Assembly: GCA_031261985.1 (NCBI GenBank)
Contig: JAISIR010000011.1
Coordinates: forward strand, 19,472 to 83,471
Length of the DNA stretch: 64,000 nucleotides
Direction: 5' to 3'
Source of the DNA: Clostridiales bacterium
GTDB taxonomy: Bacteria > Bacillota > Clostridia > Monoglobales > WRBX01
Position 1 is the stretch's first letter, and each line of letters opens with the position of its first letter. The position numbers were made by a program, and so were the translations under genes. Under the pieces are notes generated by a model. It was not told where the DNA came from and ran no database searches. It saw nothing but the letters and a program-made list of their open reading frames with translations. Positions 1 to 10,411 of this stretch are shown one piece after another.

Positions 1-1
1 C

Positions 2-3000
2 ACAATATCTAATAGTAGCGAGCTAACAGCTTTGGCGAACGAATCGTTTGCAGATTTTAGTAGTGAATTTGAAAACTACTATGTAACGTTTAAAGAGGCA
101 GATGGCTCTACTATTTTAAGAGATGTACCTATTATAGATGGAAAGGTTTATGTGCAAGGGTTCTCGGACACAGTTGCTCGAGTAATTGTTCGAGATGATG
201 ATTATGTACAATATGTAGGAGTAACAATAGGGGATTATCCTGCAAGTGGTATTGAGTACACGGTTGCATCGGCAAATGATGTGCCTATTATAAATGGTAA
301 GGTAGAAGTTACATTTACCGACAACACTAAACAAGAATATAATACTTATGATGGTAAGATATATGGTGCAGAATTAGAAGATGTTAAAGTGGCTAGGGTG
401 TTTAGCTCGTCGGGTACTTTAGTAAGCAATGCAATGATTAGTGCGAATGTGGCTAATGGTGCAGGTTCTTCTACACTTAAAACACTTAATTTAGGCGGGC
501 AAGTAGGTATAGGTGGCGTGTTACCTACAAGTGGTACGGTAACCATATATAATGAAGCAAACGCTGCAATTGCTAGCTTGCCATTTAGTGGGACGAATGT
601 TTCTGGCGGGATAGCACTTGATGCAGAGCCTTCGTACGCGATTGTGCGTTCGCTATCTGGCATTCAATACTTAGATGCGATAGTTACATATAAATTAGCT
701 GGCGAAACTTATGGGCTGCCTGTTAAGGGTATGGTAAGTGTATATAATTATTCATCTAACCCTGCGGGTGTAGCTTTAGCTGGTGGTAAAATTAAAGTAG
801 GTGGCTCGCTTAAAGATGGGCAGGTAGATGAGGAGTTTATCGCTACAGATGCCAAAGGTAAAGCATTAATTGTAAGTGCCGATTATAAAAAGATGACAGG
901 TGAGGTTACAACTAACACCACAAAGGGTATTAGGATATATGACAGCAGTGAAAACTTGCTTGCGTTTGGACAAGCCACGATAAATGGGCAGATATTCCAA
1001 AGCGGTGGAGAAGCGACGTTGATGAATTTACCTAGCGTAGATAGTGATTTAACGTTGACTATTAAACGACCTTATACCAGCGATTACAGATATAGTGAAG
1101 AGATATCTAATGGGCGTATTGCATTGCCGCCAGACAAAATGCCACGCGCGGGTGATATTTTAATAGTAGAAGATGAAGCGGGGCTACAATATCCTGGCGT
1201 AGTGCTTGTAGGTAAAAATGGTGCGTTTGTATCGATGATAGAGACGGACGTTACAACAAGGGTATTAGACGAGGGCGGCTTAGTTGAAGAGCTTCCTGCA
1301 GGTAGCATAAGCGATTCTGAGCCTAAAGGTATTTTGAGCGTAGTGCGTGACAATGTTGAAGTTGCGACAAATGTATTGGTAGATAATGGATATGCTTACT
1401 TTAGTACTAGAGATAGCGTGCCGACAGAAGGCGACGAGGTGCATGTTAATAATAAGGCGTTCACTAGTGTGCCGATATCTGGCTGGAAGGTTACGAGTGA
1501 TAAAGGTGAAGTGTTTGAATCGGGTCAGTTATTTGTATTAGATGGATACGCAGCGGAATCGGGCGGGCAAAACATAGTTGTTAAGCCTAAGTTTAGTGAT
1601 GCTAACGAGCGTGTGATACCTTTAGTAAACGGTAAGGCTATCTTAACCGATGGTGAAATGTACACAGGCGAGGGCGGCATAATTATACTAGACGCTGCTA
1701 AGGCGCAGGTAGAAGGAACGTTTGATATCTATGAGCTTCCAGATAGTGGCGCAGGGGTTGACCTAGTTACAATTGGCGAAGTTAATGCCGAAAATATTGC
1801 CGGGAGTATAGAGATTACTTTAGGCTTAGCAGCTAAAGAGTTAACAAACGGGTCGCTTAGTATTTTAAAACGTCCGCAAGAGGGCGCGTATACCTACGCC
1901 GATAAATTAAAAGTATATGGCGATAGGGTGTATGTTGATTATATCCCAACAAGCGAAGCGTTTATGTACCAAAAAACAGCAGACGTTGCGCGTAATAGTA
2001 TAGAGGAAGTTGTTGAAAGCGTGGCGGTTGATGTAAACGACTTTACCGTGCCAAGGACGACACAGCTAACAACGCCTTTTGCTACCGAGACGATTGTGCA
2101 TGTTGATGGAGTGGCTTTAGGTACTTTTGGTGTAAAAACTCTAACAGCGGATGATATAACTGAAGTGAGTATTAAAGACGAGTATGCGGTTATTCCTGCT
2201 CCGTTAACTATAGAAGACTCAAGCGTAATACCAGTGCCAGATGAGGCAGGCTTGCCAGAAGAAGGCGCGCGCGTGTTTGCAAGTGATGCAGAGGGAAAGA
2301 ACCTTCCTGGAATAGAGATTGTTATAAGCAGCGTAAGTTATTATACTTCTAATGTGCCATACACCCAAGTTGATGTGTTAGAGAAGGTAGAAGTAGAGGC
2401 GCATGATGTTTTAGGGTGGAAAGGTTTAGTTGCCAACCAAATTATTGGTGGGCGTGTAAGCTTTAACCCAGGCGAAGATGATGCTGTCGATTATTATATC
2501 ACAGAAGATGATGGAAAGTATATAGTAGAGATTCCTAACGATTTTGAGCCTAGCATTACCGATTGGATGTGGATACTTGATAAATCTGGCAAGGTTATCG
2601 AACGTGCGTATATAACGTGGGGGCCAGAGGATATCGAATATGTATCGGCGACGCATGTTAAAGCTATGAGCGATGATGCGACAACGCCATTGGCTAATGG
2701 CGAGATTGCTTACACAAGCGAAGCAGGGGATGAAATTGTAATCTCGTTAAACGCGAATGGTGAGGCGGATGTGTTAGGTTGTAACTTGCCAAGCTATGAC
2801 GACCCAACTGAAGATGACGATGATGTTCTAGTTACAATAAGTGGCCCGGGTGAGGCAATAGCAAGCGGTGTTTATATTGCAGGATGTTATTATGGGGCTA
2901 AAGAACAACAGGTTAAGGTGCATGTAGGTGCTGGCGAATCTAACTTTAGCGGTGCGTATGTATACTTTGTAGATGCAACAGGCGAGACGGATTATCAGGA

Positions 3001-5890
3001 TAGTTATTTAGTAGATGCAAATGGCGATATAACACTAACTAGAGCTGATGCGACTGATTATTCTGAAGCGGTTGAAGCTGGGACTTATACATCTATGCTT
3101 ATTAAAGATGGGTTGTATATTGTAGACGAACCTATACGAATTTTAGGACGTCAATATGTTACTTCTAAATTAGTAACGGTGCAAGATACCACGACGTACC
3201 TAGATGCAGATGACGAAATCACCTTAATGCCGATTACTCAAGAAGACGAAGTTAGTGGTATGATTGTTAATGCAACGGTAGGTGTAGTTAAGGCGATGGT
3301 GGCACCTTTTGCTGAAGTGTCTGAAGGCGGGCAAACGTATAGAGTGTTTGACGATGTAGCGTTTGACAGAGCTATTATTAAAAAAGAATCTGTTGTAATG
3401 CCGAACGAAGTGATAAAAGTAGGTAGTTTGACAGGCGATATCAAGACATATAGAAGTGCCGATTTAGTAACTATCAAAAATGGTGATGCACCGCTTAAGG
3501 GAGCAGACCTTTACATTAACGCTAAAAAAATTGGGACGACTAATAGCTCAGGTGAGGTAATTGTTCCAGGTAGCAAGTTGCCACAAAGCTCTAGCGAAGT
3601 GGTGACGGTTAAGCAAGGTGCTTCGGCTGTGTTAGGGCTATCGGTTACAATTAATAGAATCGTGTTTACTACTTACGATGTTGCAGAGGGTAACTTGGTT
3701 CGTGTATATGATAATAGAGATGGCTCTACACCGGCTGACGGTGGTACGCTGGTTATAAATAGTGTGGAATATCCTATTAGTAGCCAAGGCGTTACATCTG
3801 TTCCTAGTGCTGTGGCAAAGGCTTTGACCGAGAAATCGATTATATTTGTGTATACCTCAGGCAAAGAGATTCTTCCGTTAGCTACTATAATTGTAGAGCA
3901 AGACGGGGATAAGACGACAACGATTAGGACTGCCGAGATTCCGTCTGAAATAACAGATGAGTATAAGCTAATTATAAACGGGAATACATTTGTATATAAA
4001 GATGGAATGTGTGTTGTTCCTGGTTATGCAATACCGTTAGACCCTGATGTTGACGAGGTAACGATTACCGATTTAGCAGGGGTAATACAAGTTGGTGCCA
4101 AAGTAATGCTTGGTAACAGAGAGTGGACCAGCAGCGCGCCAGAGGATTTAAGCGAGCTAGTTGAGTTTAAGCTTGGCAATGGTGGGCGTATAGATGTTGA
4201 GGCGGACGATGAAACGATATATGAGCTTAATGTGTTTGCAGCAAGCAATAATGCTAAAGGTAATGTTAATCGAATGATGTTGCCGATTAGCTTTAACACT
4301 CAAACAGTTGAAGTAACAGCAATTGATGCAAAAGGCGAGACGATGTTGACAGATAGCCATCCTTATTATCAGATTAGCGAGGCAGGGTTTGATGCCAGCG
4401 TTGTTAATGCGCGAGGAAGGGTATTGTTAACGACTACATTGCCAGATGATTATGCTAAATTTGACGAGCCTATATTTACAGTTAAGTTTAAGGCAAAAGC
4501 GGGCGATGCTATGCCGTTTGACCAAATAGTTCTGCCTAAGACTGGGTCGTTAAGTGCCGATGTTGCAGCGCAAATTGGTTTGGTAGGGCGTGATGAATTA
4601 TCGACCGTTAACTATAAGGCGCAGCTGAATAAGTTTGTGATAAACCTAGCCGATTACATGGTTAAAATTGTGCCGCTAAGTGCGGGTGAGCAAGCATCTG
4701 AGCTTAAATTTGATATCCAAGTTAAAAACGCAAGCGGTGACTTAGTTAATGCTTCTTCTGCCCAATTAAATGTAAGTGCTAGAGGTATTGATGATGGCAA
4801 CGTAAGTGCGATTGATGCAGATGGTGAGTTCACTTACACCCCTGGAGCAGGTGATGGTGTAGTAGATGAAGATGCTGTTCCGGTTATATTAGAAGCAACG
4901 TATGATGATGGCATTGCGCAACCTGTTTCTAGCACGGTTTCGGTTAATGTGGTATCGCTTAACGTACCGATATTTGATGACTTAAAGCCAGGGTATGATA
5001 GCGAAGAGCTTAACGATGTAGAAGTTGTTTACGGTGGCATTTTAGGTAGTGCGTTTGCCGAGGCGGGCGTTAAGTATAACGTAAAAACCTCTGGAGGGAC
5101 TCCTATATTTAGTTCGACCGGTAAGAGAATGTCGCTATCGTCGCTTCCTACCGAGACGGGGCTTAGGTTAAGCGTAGAAAGTGCGTATACCAACCCAGAC
5201 GGTTTAACAGTTGCAGCGTTTGGCAGCGGATTTAACGACGAAACCTGGGTTAAGCCATACACCTTTAACGTAGTTACTAATGGTGTTATAGAGGGGTATG
5301 TAAAACTTGGTAGTAAGGAAGAAAACTCTATACCAGCGTTTGGGTATTATCCTGCAGGCAGGAACTTCCATGGTGGAATATTAGTACAGTTAGTTAAGTA
5401 TAACGCAACTAGCGGGGCTATTGACTTAACTGGAGCTAAAGAGACTTACACCGATAGCAATGGTAAGTATAGGCTTTCACTTAAAGATATAAACTTAACA
5501 TCTAGTTTGCCAGATGGTTGGAGCTATGCGATTAAGTATTCTAGGCGTGGCGTTAGTGATTATAACACGCGCGAGGAGTATTATTTAGATAAGGTTATCC
5601 CGCTTAATATTGTAAACTATGAATTAGGCGATAACGTTACACTAAGCAATGGCATAGATAATGTAGATTATTTGGCGGCAGGTGCGTTTTATAACAACGA
5701 AGTTATAACCGCAGATGACTACAACAAGGTTAAGGGGCTAATAGGTGCAGGCGAGTTTAGCAAAGACTATGCTGATAACTTAGGTGTAGACATTAACGAG
5801 TACAATGGTATAGACGTCGGCGATTTGGTAATTGTAAGAGGTAACATGAACAAAACAATTTATCAACGTGGCGATGTAAGGGATATTTAA
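2..5890 (+). CDS. Giant cell-surface protein whose 5' end lies outside the window (at least 1962 aa visible). Tandem beta-sandwich modules, one cohesin-like module, and a C-terminal beta-sandwich plus dockerin-like tail.
   Basis: The frame is open from nt 2: TISNSSELTA precedes the TTG at 32 used by the ORF track, with no in-frame stop upstream. The visible N-terminus has no signal peptide, unlike the next three genes. The ORF runs 5.9 kb uninterrupted to TAA at 5888-5890. The antisense ORFs are short shadows. Confidence 0.9.
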   Translation, partial: TISNSSELTALANESFADFSSEFENYYVTFKEADGSTILRDVPIIDGKVYVQGFSDTVARVIVRDDDYVQYVGVTIGDYPASGIEYTVASANDVPIINGKVEVTFTDNTKQEYNTYDGKIYGAELEDVKVARVFSSSGTLVSNAMISANVANGAGSSTLKTLNLGGQVGIGGVLPTSGTVTIYNEANAAIASLPFSGTNVSGGIALDAEPSYAIVRSLSGIQYLDAIVTYKLAGETYGLPVKGMVSVYNYSSNPAGVALAGGKIKVGGSLKDGQVDEEFIATDAKGKALIVSADYKKMTGEVTTNTTKGIRIYDSSENLLAFGQATINGQIFQSGGEATLMNLPSVDSDLTLTIKRPYTSDYRYSEEISNGRIALPPDKMPRAGDILIVEDEAGLQYPGVVLVGKNGAFVSMIETDVTTRVLDEGGLVEELPAGSISDSEPKGILSVVRDNVEVATNVLVDNGYAYFSTRDSVPTEGDEVHVNNKAFTSVPISGWKVTSDKGEVFESGQLFVLDGYAAESGGQNIVVKPKFSDANERVIPLVNGKAILTDGEMYTGEGGIIILDAAKAQVEGTFDIYELPDSGAGVDLVTIGEVNAENIAGSIEITLGLAAKELTNGSLSILKRPQEGAYTYADKLKVYGDRVYVDYIPTSEAFMYQKTADVARNSIEEVVESVAVDVNDFTVPRTTQLTTPFATETIVHVDGVALGTFGVKTLTADDITEVSIKDEYAVIPAPLTIEDSSVIPVPDEAGLPEEGARVFASDAEGKNLPGIEIVISSVSYYTSNVPYTQVDVLEKVEVEAHDVLGWKGLVANQIIGGRVSFNPGEDDAVDYYITEDDGKYIVEIPNDFEPSITDWMWILDKSGKVIERAYITWGPEDIEYVSATHVKAMSDDATTPLANGEIAYTSEAGDEIVISLNANGEADVLGCNLPSYDDPTEDDDDVLVTISGPGEAIASGVYIAGCYYGAKEQQVKVHVGAGESNFSGAYVYFVDATGETDYQDSYLVDANGDITLTRADATDYSEAVEAGTYTSMLIKDGLYIVDEPIRILGRQYVTSKLVTVQDTTTYLDADDEITLMPITQEDEVSGMIVNATVGVVKAMVAPFAEVSEGGQTYRVFDDVAFDRAIIKKESVVMPNEVIKVGSLTGDIKTYRSADLVTIKNGDAPLKGADLYINAKKIGTTNSSGEVIVPGSKLPQSSSEVVTVKQGASAVLGLSVTINRIVFTTYDVAEGNLVRVYDNRDGSTPADGGTLVINSVEYPISSQGVTSVPSAVAKALTEKSIIFVYTSGKEILPLATIIVEQDGDKTTTIRTAEIPSEITDEYKLIINGNTFVYKDGMCVVPGYAIPLDPDVDEVTITDLAGVIQVGAKVMLGNREWTSSAPEDLSELVEFKLGNGGRIDVEADDETIYELNVFAASNNAKGNVNRMMLPISFNTQTVEVTAIDAKGETMLTDSHPYYQISEAGFDASVVNARGRVLLTTTLPDDYAKFDEPIFTVKFKAKAGDAMPFDQIVLPKTGSLSADVAAQIGLVGRDELSTVNYKAQLNKFVINLADYMVKIVPLSAGEQASELKFDIQVKNASGDLVNASSAQLNVSARGIDDGNVSAIDADGEFTYTPGAGDGVVDEDAVPVILEATYDDGIAQPVSSTVSVNVVSLNVPIFDDLKPGYDSEELNDVEVVYGGILGSAFAEAGVKYNVKTSGGTPIFSSTGKRMSLSSLPTETGLRLSVESAYTNPDGLTVAAFGSGFNDETWVKPYTFNVVTNGVIEGYVKLGSKEENSIPAFGYYPAGRNFHGGILVQLVKYNATSGAIDLTGAKETYTDSNGKYRLSLKDINLTSSLPDGWSYAIKYSRRGVSDYNTREEYYLDKVIPLNIVNYELGDNVTLSNGIDNVDYLAAGAFYNNEVITADDYNKVKGLIGAGEFSKDYADNLGVDINEYNGIDVGDLVIVRGNMNKTIYQRGDVRDI
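4150..4545 (+). other. Cohesin-like module in giant protein 1
   Basis: Segment ...LVEFKLGNGGRIDVEADDETIYELNVFAASNNAKGNVNRMMLPISFNTQTVEVTAIDAKG...PIFTVKFKAKAGDAMPF. It fits the cohesin pattern: strands ending in a hydrophobic-x-hydrophobic-x-F/Y-D/N-x-x-x-hydrophobic motif, about 130 aa in total. Manual motif call only. Confidence 0.45.
5657..5853 (+). other. Dockerin-like two-segment tail (first segment degenerate, second EF-hand-like)
   Basis: LAAGAFYNNEVITADDYNKVKGLIG ... DINEYNGIDVGDLVIVRGNMNK. The second segment has a 12-residue D-x-N-x-x-N-G-x-D-x-x-D loop followed by a helix. The segment is conserved in the next two genes. Confidence 0.45.
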
Positions 5891-5913
5891 TTGAGTAAAA
5901 AGTAAATATAAAT

Positions 5914-5955
5914 AAGAGGGTGCGGCATGATAAAAAAGCCGCGCCTTCTTTAATA
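5914..5955 (+). terminator. Rho-independent terminator-like hairpin after giant gene 1
   Basis: aagagggtgcggc / gccgcgccttctt forms a 13-bp stem (two G-U pairs) around an 11-nt loop, followed by a T-rich stretch. Confidence 0.55.
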
Positions 5956-6054
5956 TTTGGAAAGATTTAACACTGATAGAAACACGGATTTTCTTGATTA
6001 AATTCTACATTTTAACAAGTTTGTAACAAAATTATTACAAATTTCGATTTGCTA

Positions 6055-6083
6055 TTGCAATTTATAAAAAGTTTATCTATAAT
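6055..6083 (+). promoter_or_regulatory. Sigma-A type promoter for giant gene 2
   Basis: TTGCAA (6055-6060), a 17-nt spacer, then TATAAT (6078-6083), about 130 nt upstream of the ATG at 6214. Confidence 0.6.
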
Positions 6084-6213
6084 AGATTATGAGGCAGTAA
6101 AAATTCTTTTATTGTTTAAAAAGCCTTTTATTGATAAAGAATCTTTAGGTTGTTCGGCATAAAAAGCGTGTTAGTAATTGATTAATCAGTTCTAACAGAA
6201 GGGGCAATGTTTT

Positions 6214-9200
6214 ATGCGTATAAAATTTCTTCCCAAAAAAATAGTAGCCGTTATATTAGTTATAGCTATGGTTGTAGGTTTTTGTCCCGCTAATAGTTCT
6301 ATTAGTTATGCCGAGAATGCTGGAACACTAGGGGCTGACGTTAATTTTGGCGATTACATTAAGCTAAATAGTAATACTTGGCGAGTGGTTAGTAGCAGCG
6401 ATAAAGACTACTTAGGCGGTACATATTTAATGCTAGACCAGCCATTATCTTCAAAAAGAGAGTATGCAAAAACAGAAGTCTTTCAACAAAGCGGGATTGA
6501 CGAAACGGTTGAATATTATGAATCTGATTTATATACATATTTAAATAATAGTTTTAAAAGTAGTTATTTATATGGTAAAGCGGGGGAGCTTTTAGAAAAG
6601 AGCCATAATGTCGAGAATGTTAGCGGTTTAGCTGCTGCTGATACTTATGTTAGATTATTAGATAGAACCGAGGCGGAAGGGATAAATGCAGATGCTGCTA
6701 CTCCGCTTTATTATCGTGCAGGAACTTCTGCTGCTGCCAATGGATATTATGCCTTGGCGGGTAATTTAGATGTAACGAAGACAGAGCCAGAGGGCGAGCC
6801 AAAGACAAGTGAAGCTAAAAGATTGGCTGCTAATATTAACGGTGCCACTAAAGAGCTGACGTTTGAGCAAGTAAGCGAGGCTAAGGCGACCGAAACAGGC
6901 GTAGGGACAGACCAATATAATTATAGCGGCATATTTTATAACTATATTATTAGGCCAATTATAAAGGTAGATTTATCTACTATTATGTTTAAAACAGGTA
7001 ATGGCGTTGCGCCGACAACGGCGTACGATTCGATATCTGATGTATATGGCAAGATAAATGTGCCAAGTGAAGTAAGTGCAACTAGCGGCGTAATAATTGC
7101 ACGTGATAGTGACGGCAATGTTTTAAGCGAGATAGAATTTGCCGAGGGGACTAAATATATCCTTGACTATGATTATGATAATTATAGGCTTGGCGATGCG
7201 GAATTTGTAGAGATTAAAGATGCAAACGGAATAAATGCTTTACCGGCAGATAGTTTAAAGAACATAACTATAACAGATTTAGATGGGACAAGTTTAGGGG
7301 TAGGTAGTTTACCAATTTATGCACCGATATCGGTTGTTAGTAGCATAGATGGTGAGCCTATTGATGATGTTGATATTATAGAAAGAGCCTCTGATGCAGG
7401 CAGCGTAAGTGAAACACCTATAACAGTTGATAAAACAGAAGGCGATATAAGATATGTATCTAGCTATGCAACGGCGCCTTCGCAAGAGAGCGATATAATT
7501 GTTACTAACGAGGGGCAAAAGTACGAGTTTATATCTAATGCTAAAGTTATTATTGGTAATCGCAATTGGATAGGTTTAGGCGTTGTGCAAGTGCCAAGAC
7601 ATAATGATGATGGCACATATAAGTCTTTTGTATCGGTTACTATTAATGGGGAAGTTGCGCCGATTGTGCAAGCGGTAGATGAATCGACGGCTGCATATAT
7701 TACTATGGATAAACTTCCTAAGCAAAATGATATAAACACAATATTGCTATATTATAATGGTGCGCGCCAATATGCTCTTGGGGCAGGTAAACACATTACC
7801 GTTTATAATAGCGTAACAAAAGCTAACGATGAGTTTATTGTTAGCTCTAACCCTGAAATTGTTAATATAGCCTTAGTTGATGAGGATGATAATGTTGTTA
7901 CCACGCCGTCTTGGGTGCAAATTGGCGATGGTGGTTTATTGCCGATGACATCTGGTAAGGCGACTATATCGAAAGATATAGTAATTGATGATACCACTAT
8001 GATATTTGCTTATGGTGATAGTACTAAAGAAAATATATTAAGCGGGCTTTATTTAAAAAAGGGTACCGAGAAGTTTATTATTAGTGCGACGCTTAAGGTT
8101 AAAGATGTATCTAGCGGGGAAGAGGTTGATTGGCCGCAAACTGGCTTAGAAGATAATGCAGCGGGGGCGGTAATTAGTATAGATGGTACCGAAGTTGAAT
8201 TGCTACCTACAACGTTAGGGCTGGCTGGTAGTATAGCAAAAGATGTGACACTTACAAGCACGATTGTAGTATTAAATAATAATAAAACGATAGTTCAAAA
8301 TAAAGTTGTTTACATAAATGACATGAAGTTTGACAATACATCAAGTGTTATTTTAAAGGATAGGCTAGCGTTAGAGGTTACCCCAGCAGAGAGTTTGGAT
8401 AGCTTGCCAGTGGCGGCGCATGTGCCTAGTTTTGAACAAGATGTTATTGATATAGCTCAGAATAATGGTGTTTACAACATAGGCGTTTATGTTAAAAATA
8501 TATCTAACGTAAGTAGTATGCAATTACCATTTACTTTTGATTCTACTAAAATGCAGATTACGCAGATTAGAAAAGGATACAAGTTTAGCGGAGACCCTAT
8601 TTATCAGCGTGGCGAGAACGTAGATATTCAGTTTACTCCTAACGATGTAGGGCTGCACATGGTGGCGGAGGACGACCCTATAAATAAACAAGGGCAACTT
8701 ATTATTGGCTACTCGGCTTTTGACCAGAACGAGAATTATCCTGTAGATGTAACAGCTGGTGGTAATTTAGTTGCAGTTATTACAGTTAAGGCTTTAGCAG
8801 TCGCAGATAACTTTTTAAGTATGCAGATGATTAATCAAATTGCTGCACCATCGGTTACGCGTGAGGCGATAGAGGGAAGCGGCATAGTTCCTGTGTATTT
8901 TATAAATAGCGACTCGGTAGTTAGTAAAATTAAAATAGAAGAGAACGATGTATACATAAAGCTAGATTACGTTGATGCGCATGTCAACCAAAACGTTGGT
9001 AAGTTTACAATATCTGCGCGCAATAGCGATGATGGCACGTACGCTGATGACCAAACTGTAACAATTACTAATATGGTTTTAGGCGAGCCGAGTGCTATGG
9101 GGACGTTATCTAAAGTTGGTGAGCTATACACTTATGACCCATCGGCGACGATTAGTGGCGAGGAATATATTGGCGAGTGCGATATTATCTTTACCTTTAC

Positions 9201-10275
9201 AGGTTATGACTTAGTTAAGCATGTTAAATATCAGTCTATAGCTACAGAGTTAAGCAGCCCATGGAGTCAACGATTAAAAGGCAGAAATGTTTATGCACAT
9301 CGTTATTTGTTCGAGATATCACCTGTAATGGCTTCGATTAATATAGGGGATTTAGAAAATATCCCTGCGCAATTGATAGCGGGAGGGTTCGATTGGACGT
9401 TGCAAGAGATAGACTCTAGTGGCACGCCGATAGGTGGGCTTAAGCATAATCAGACTTCGACGATAGGTAACGAGAATATTTCATTTGATTTAACTAATGT
9501 TTTTAGCGAAGATGATTATAGAGAGCAAAGAAGATACAGAATAACTTTTGATATTGCGTTTGATAGTTCTAACCCGACGCTTTTAAGTAAGACATGGCAT
9601 AATTCGGTAGAGTTTAGGCTTCAAAAGGGTGAGACGTTAAGTGCTAATGTAAACTTAGGCGGTAAAGTAAGAGATAACAGTTGGTATATAATGGGGTGGG
9701 ATAAAAACCCTAATATAGACAAGGGGATAACTGTCGATTTGGTAGGAGTTAAAGTAGGGCAAGATGGATATGAAGTGGATATCATGAACTCGACGACGAC
9801 GGATATAGATGGCAATTATACACTGTTTACTAATAATTTAGAGGGTTACGATTTAAGCGACCCAGCTGATAAGGGCTATTTATATTATGCTGTTATGTAC
9901 TCGCGTAGGGGTGGCACAAGTGAGTTGCGTGATGAGCGTTACTTGTTGAATCTAATTAAGCTGGATACGTCTGGGTTAACAGGTGCAGAAGAGAGTGAGT
10001 TGCAAGATGGAAGTGGAAACCTGCTAACTACTACGTTATCGCCTGGTGCGTTTAGCGAATCGACCATTATAAAACCCGAAGATTATTATGCTGTTCGTGA
10101 CCGCATAGGAGCAGGGGCTAGTAATAGAGTTTACAAGACTTACTATGATATAAACGAAGTAAATGGTATTGACCCAAGCGATTTAGCTATAATGCGTATC
10201 AACTTAGGTAAAATGCTTAATTTTGATACTTTAGAGCCAGTTGTGCCTGTTGTAACATACCCGCCTACTGATTAA
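6214..10275 (+). CDS. Giant secreted surface protein (1353 aa) with a signal peptide, a cohesin-like module, and a C-terminal beta-sandwich plus dockerin-like tail
   Basis: ATG with GAAGGGG as SD. Signal peptide MRIKFLPKKIVAVILVIAMVVGFCPANSSISYA|E. The N-terminal region (WRVVSSSDKDYLGGTYLMLDQ ... VRLLDRTEAEG) resembles a widespread uncharacterised Firmicute surface-protein module. The C-terminus is homologous to genes 1 and 3. Confidence 0.92.
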   Translation: MRIKFLPKKIVAVILVIAMVVGFCPANSSISYAENAGTLGADVNFGDYIKLNSNTWRVVSSSDKDYLGGTYLMLDQPLSSKREYAKTEVFQQSGIDETVEYYESDLYTYLNNSFKSSYLYGKAGELLEKSHNVENVSGLAAADTYVRLLDRTEAEGINADAATPLYYRAGTSAAANGYYALAGNLDVTKTEPEGEPKTSEAKRLAANINGATKELTFEQVSEAKATETGVGTDQYNYSGIFYNYIIRPIIKVDLSTIMFKTGNGVAPTTAYDSISDVYGKINVPSEVSATSGVIIARDSDGNVLSEIEFAEGTKYILDYDYDNYRLGDAEFVEIKDANGINALPADSLKNITITDLDGTSLGVGSLPIYAPISVVSSIDGEPIDDVDIIERASDAGSVSETPITVDKTEGDIRYVSSYATAPSQESDIIVTNEGQKYEFISNAKVIIGNRNWIGLGVVQVPRHNDDGTYKSFVSVTINGEVAPIVQAVDESTAAYITMDKLPKQNDINTILLYYNGARQYALGAGKHITVYNSVTKANDEFIVSSNPEIVNIALVDEDDNVVTTPSWVQIGDGGLLPMTSGKATISKDIVIDDTTMIFAYGDSTKENILSGLYLKKGTEKFIISATLKVKDVSSGEEVDWPQTGLEDNAAGAVISIDGTEVELLPTTLGLAGSIAKDVTLTSTIVVLNNNKTIVQNKVVYINDMKFDNTSSVILKDRLALEVTPAESLDSLPVAAHVPSFEQDVIDIAQNNGVYNIGVYVKNISNVSSMQLPFTFDSTKMQITQIRKGYKFSGDPIYQRGENVDIQFTPNDVGLHMVAEDDPINKQGQLIIGYSAFDQNENYPVDVTAGGNLVAVITVKALAVADNFLSMQMINQIAAPSVTREAIEGSGIVPVYFINSDSVVSKIKIEENDVYIKLDYVDAHVNQNVGKFTISARNSDDGTYADDQTVTITNMVLGEPSAMGTLSKVGELYTYDPSATISGEEYIGECDIIFTFTGYDLVKHVKYQSIATELSSPWSQRLKGRNVYAHRYLFEISPVMASINIGDLENIPAQLIAGGFDWTLQEIDSSGTPIGGLKHNQTSTIGNENISFDLTNVFSEDDYREQRRYRITFDIAFDSSNPTLLSKTWHNSVEFRLQKGETLSANVNLGGKVRDNSWYIMGWDKNPNIDKGITVDLVGVKVGQDGYEVDIMNSTTTDIDGNYTLFTNNLEGYDLSDPADKGYLYYAVMYSRRGGTSELRDERYLLNLIKLDTSGLTGAEESELQDGSGNLLTTTLSPGAFSESTIIKPEDYYAVRDRIGAGASNRVYKTYYDINEVNGIDPSDLAIMRINLGKMLNFDTLEPVVPVVTYPPTD
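8430..8810 (+). other. Cohesin-like module in giant protein 2
   Basis: NGVYNIGVYVKNISNVSSMQLPFTFDSTKMQITQIRKG ... GGNLVAVITVKALA. It has the same signature as the modules in the other three proteins. Confidence 0.5.
10035..10213 (+). other. Dockerin-like tail of giant protein 2
   Basis: LSPGAFSESTIIKPEDYYAVRDRIG ... DINEVNGIDPSDLAIMRINLGK. Confidence 0.45.
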
Positions 10276-10411
10276 TCTAGTTAATATTATTAATGTTTAA
10301 TAAACTAAGATGAAGTTGTTTAAAAGTAGTTTTAGATTAGCGCTAATTTGTTTATTTTCCCTGATATATAATATATCTTGGATACCCAAGAATGAAAGGA
10401 TGTAATCTGTT

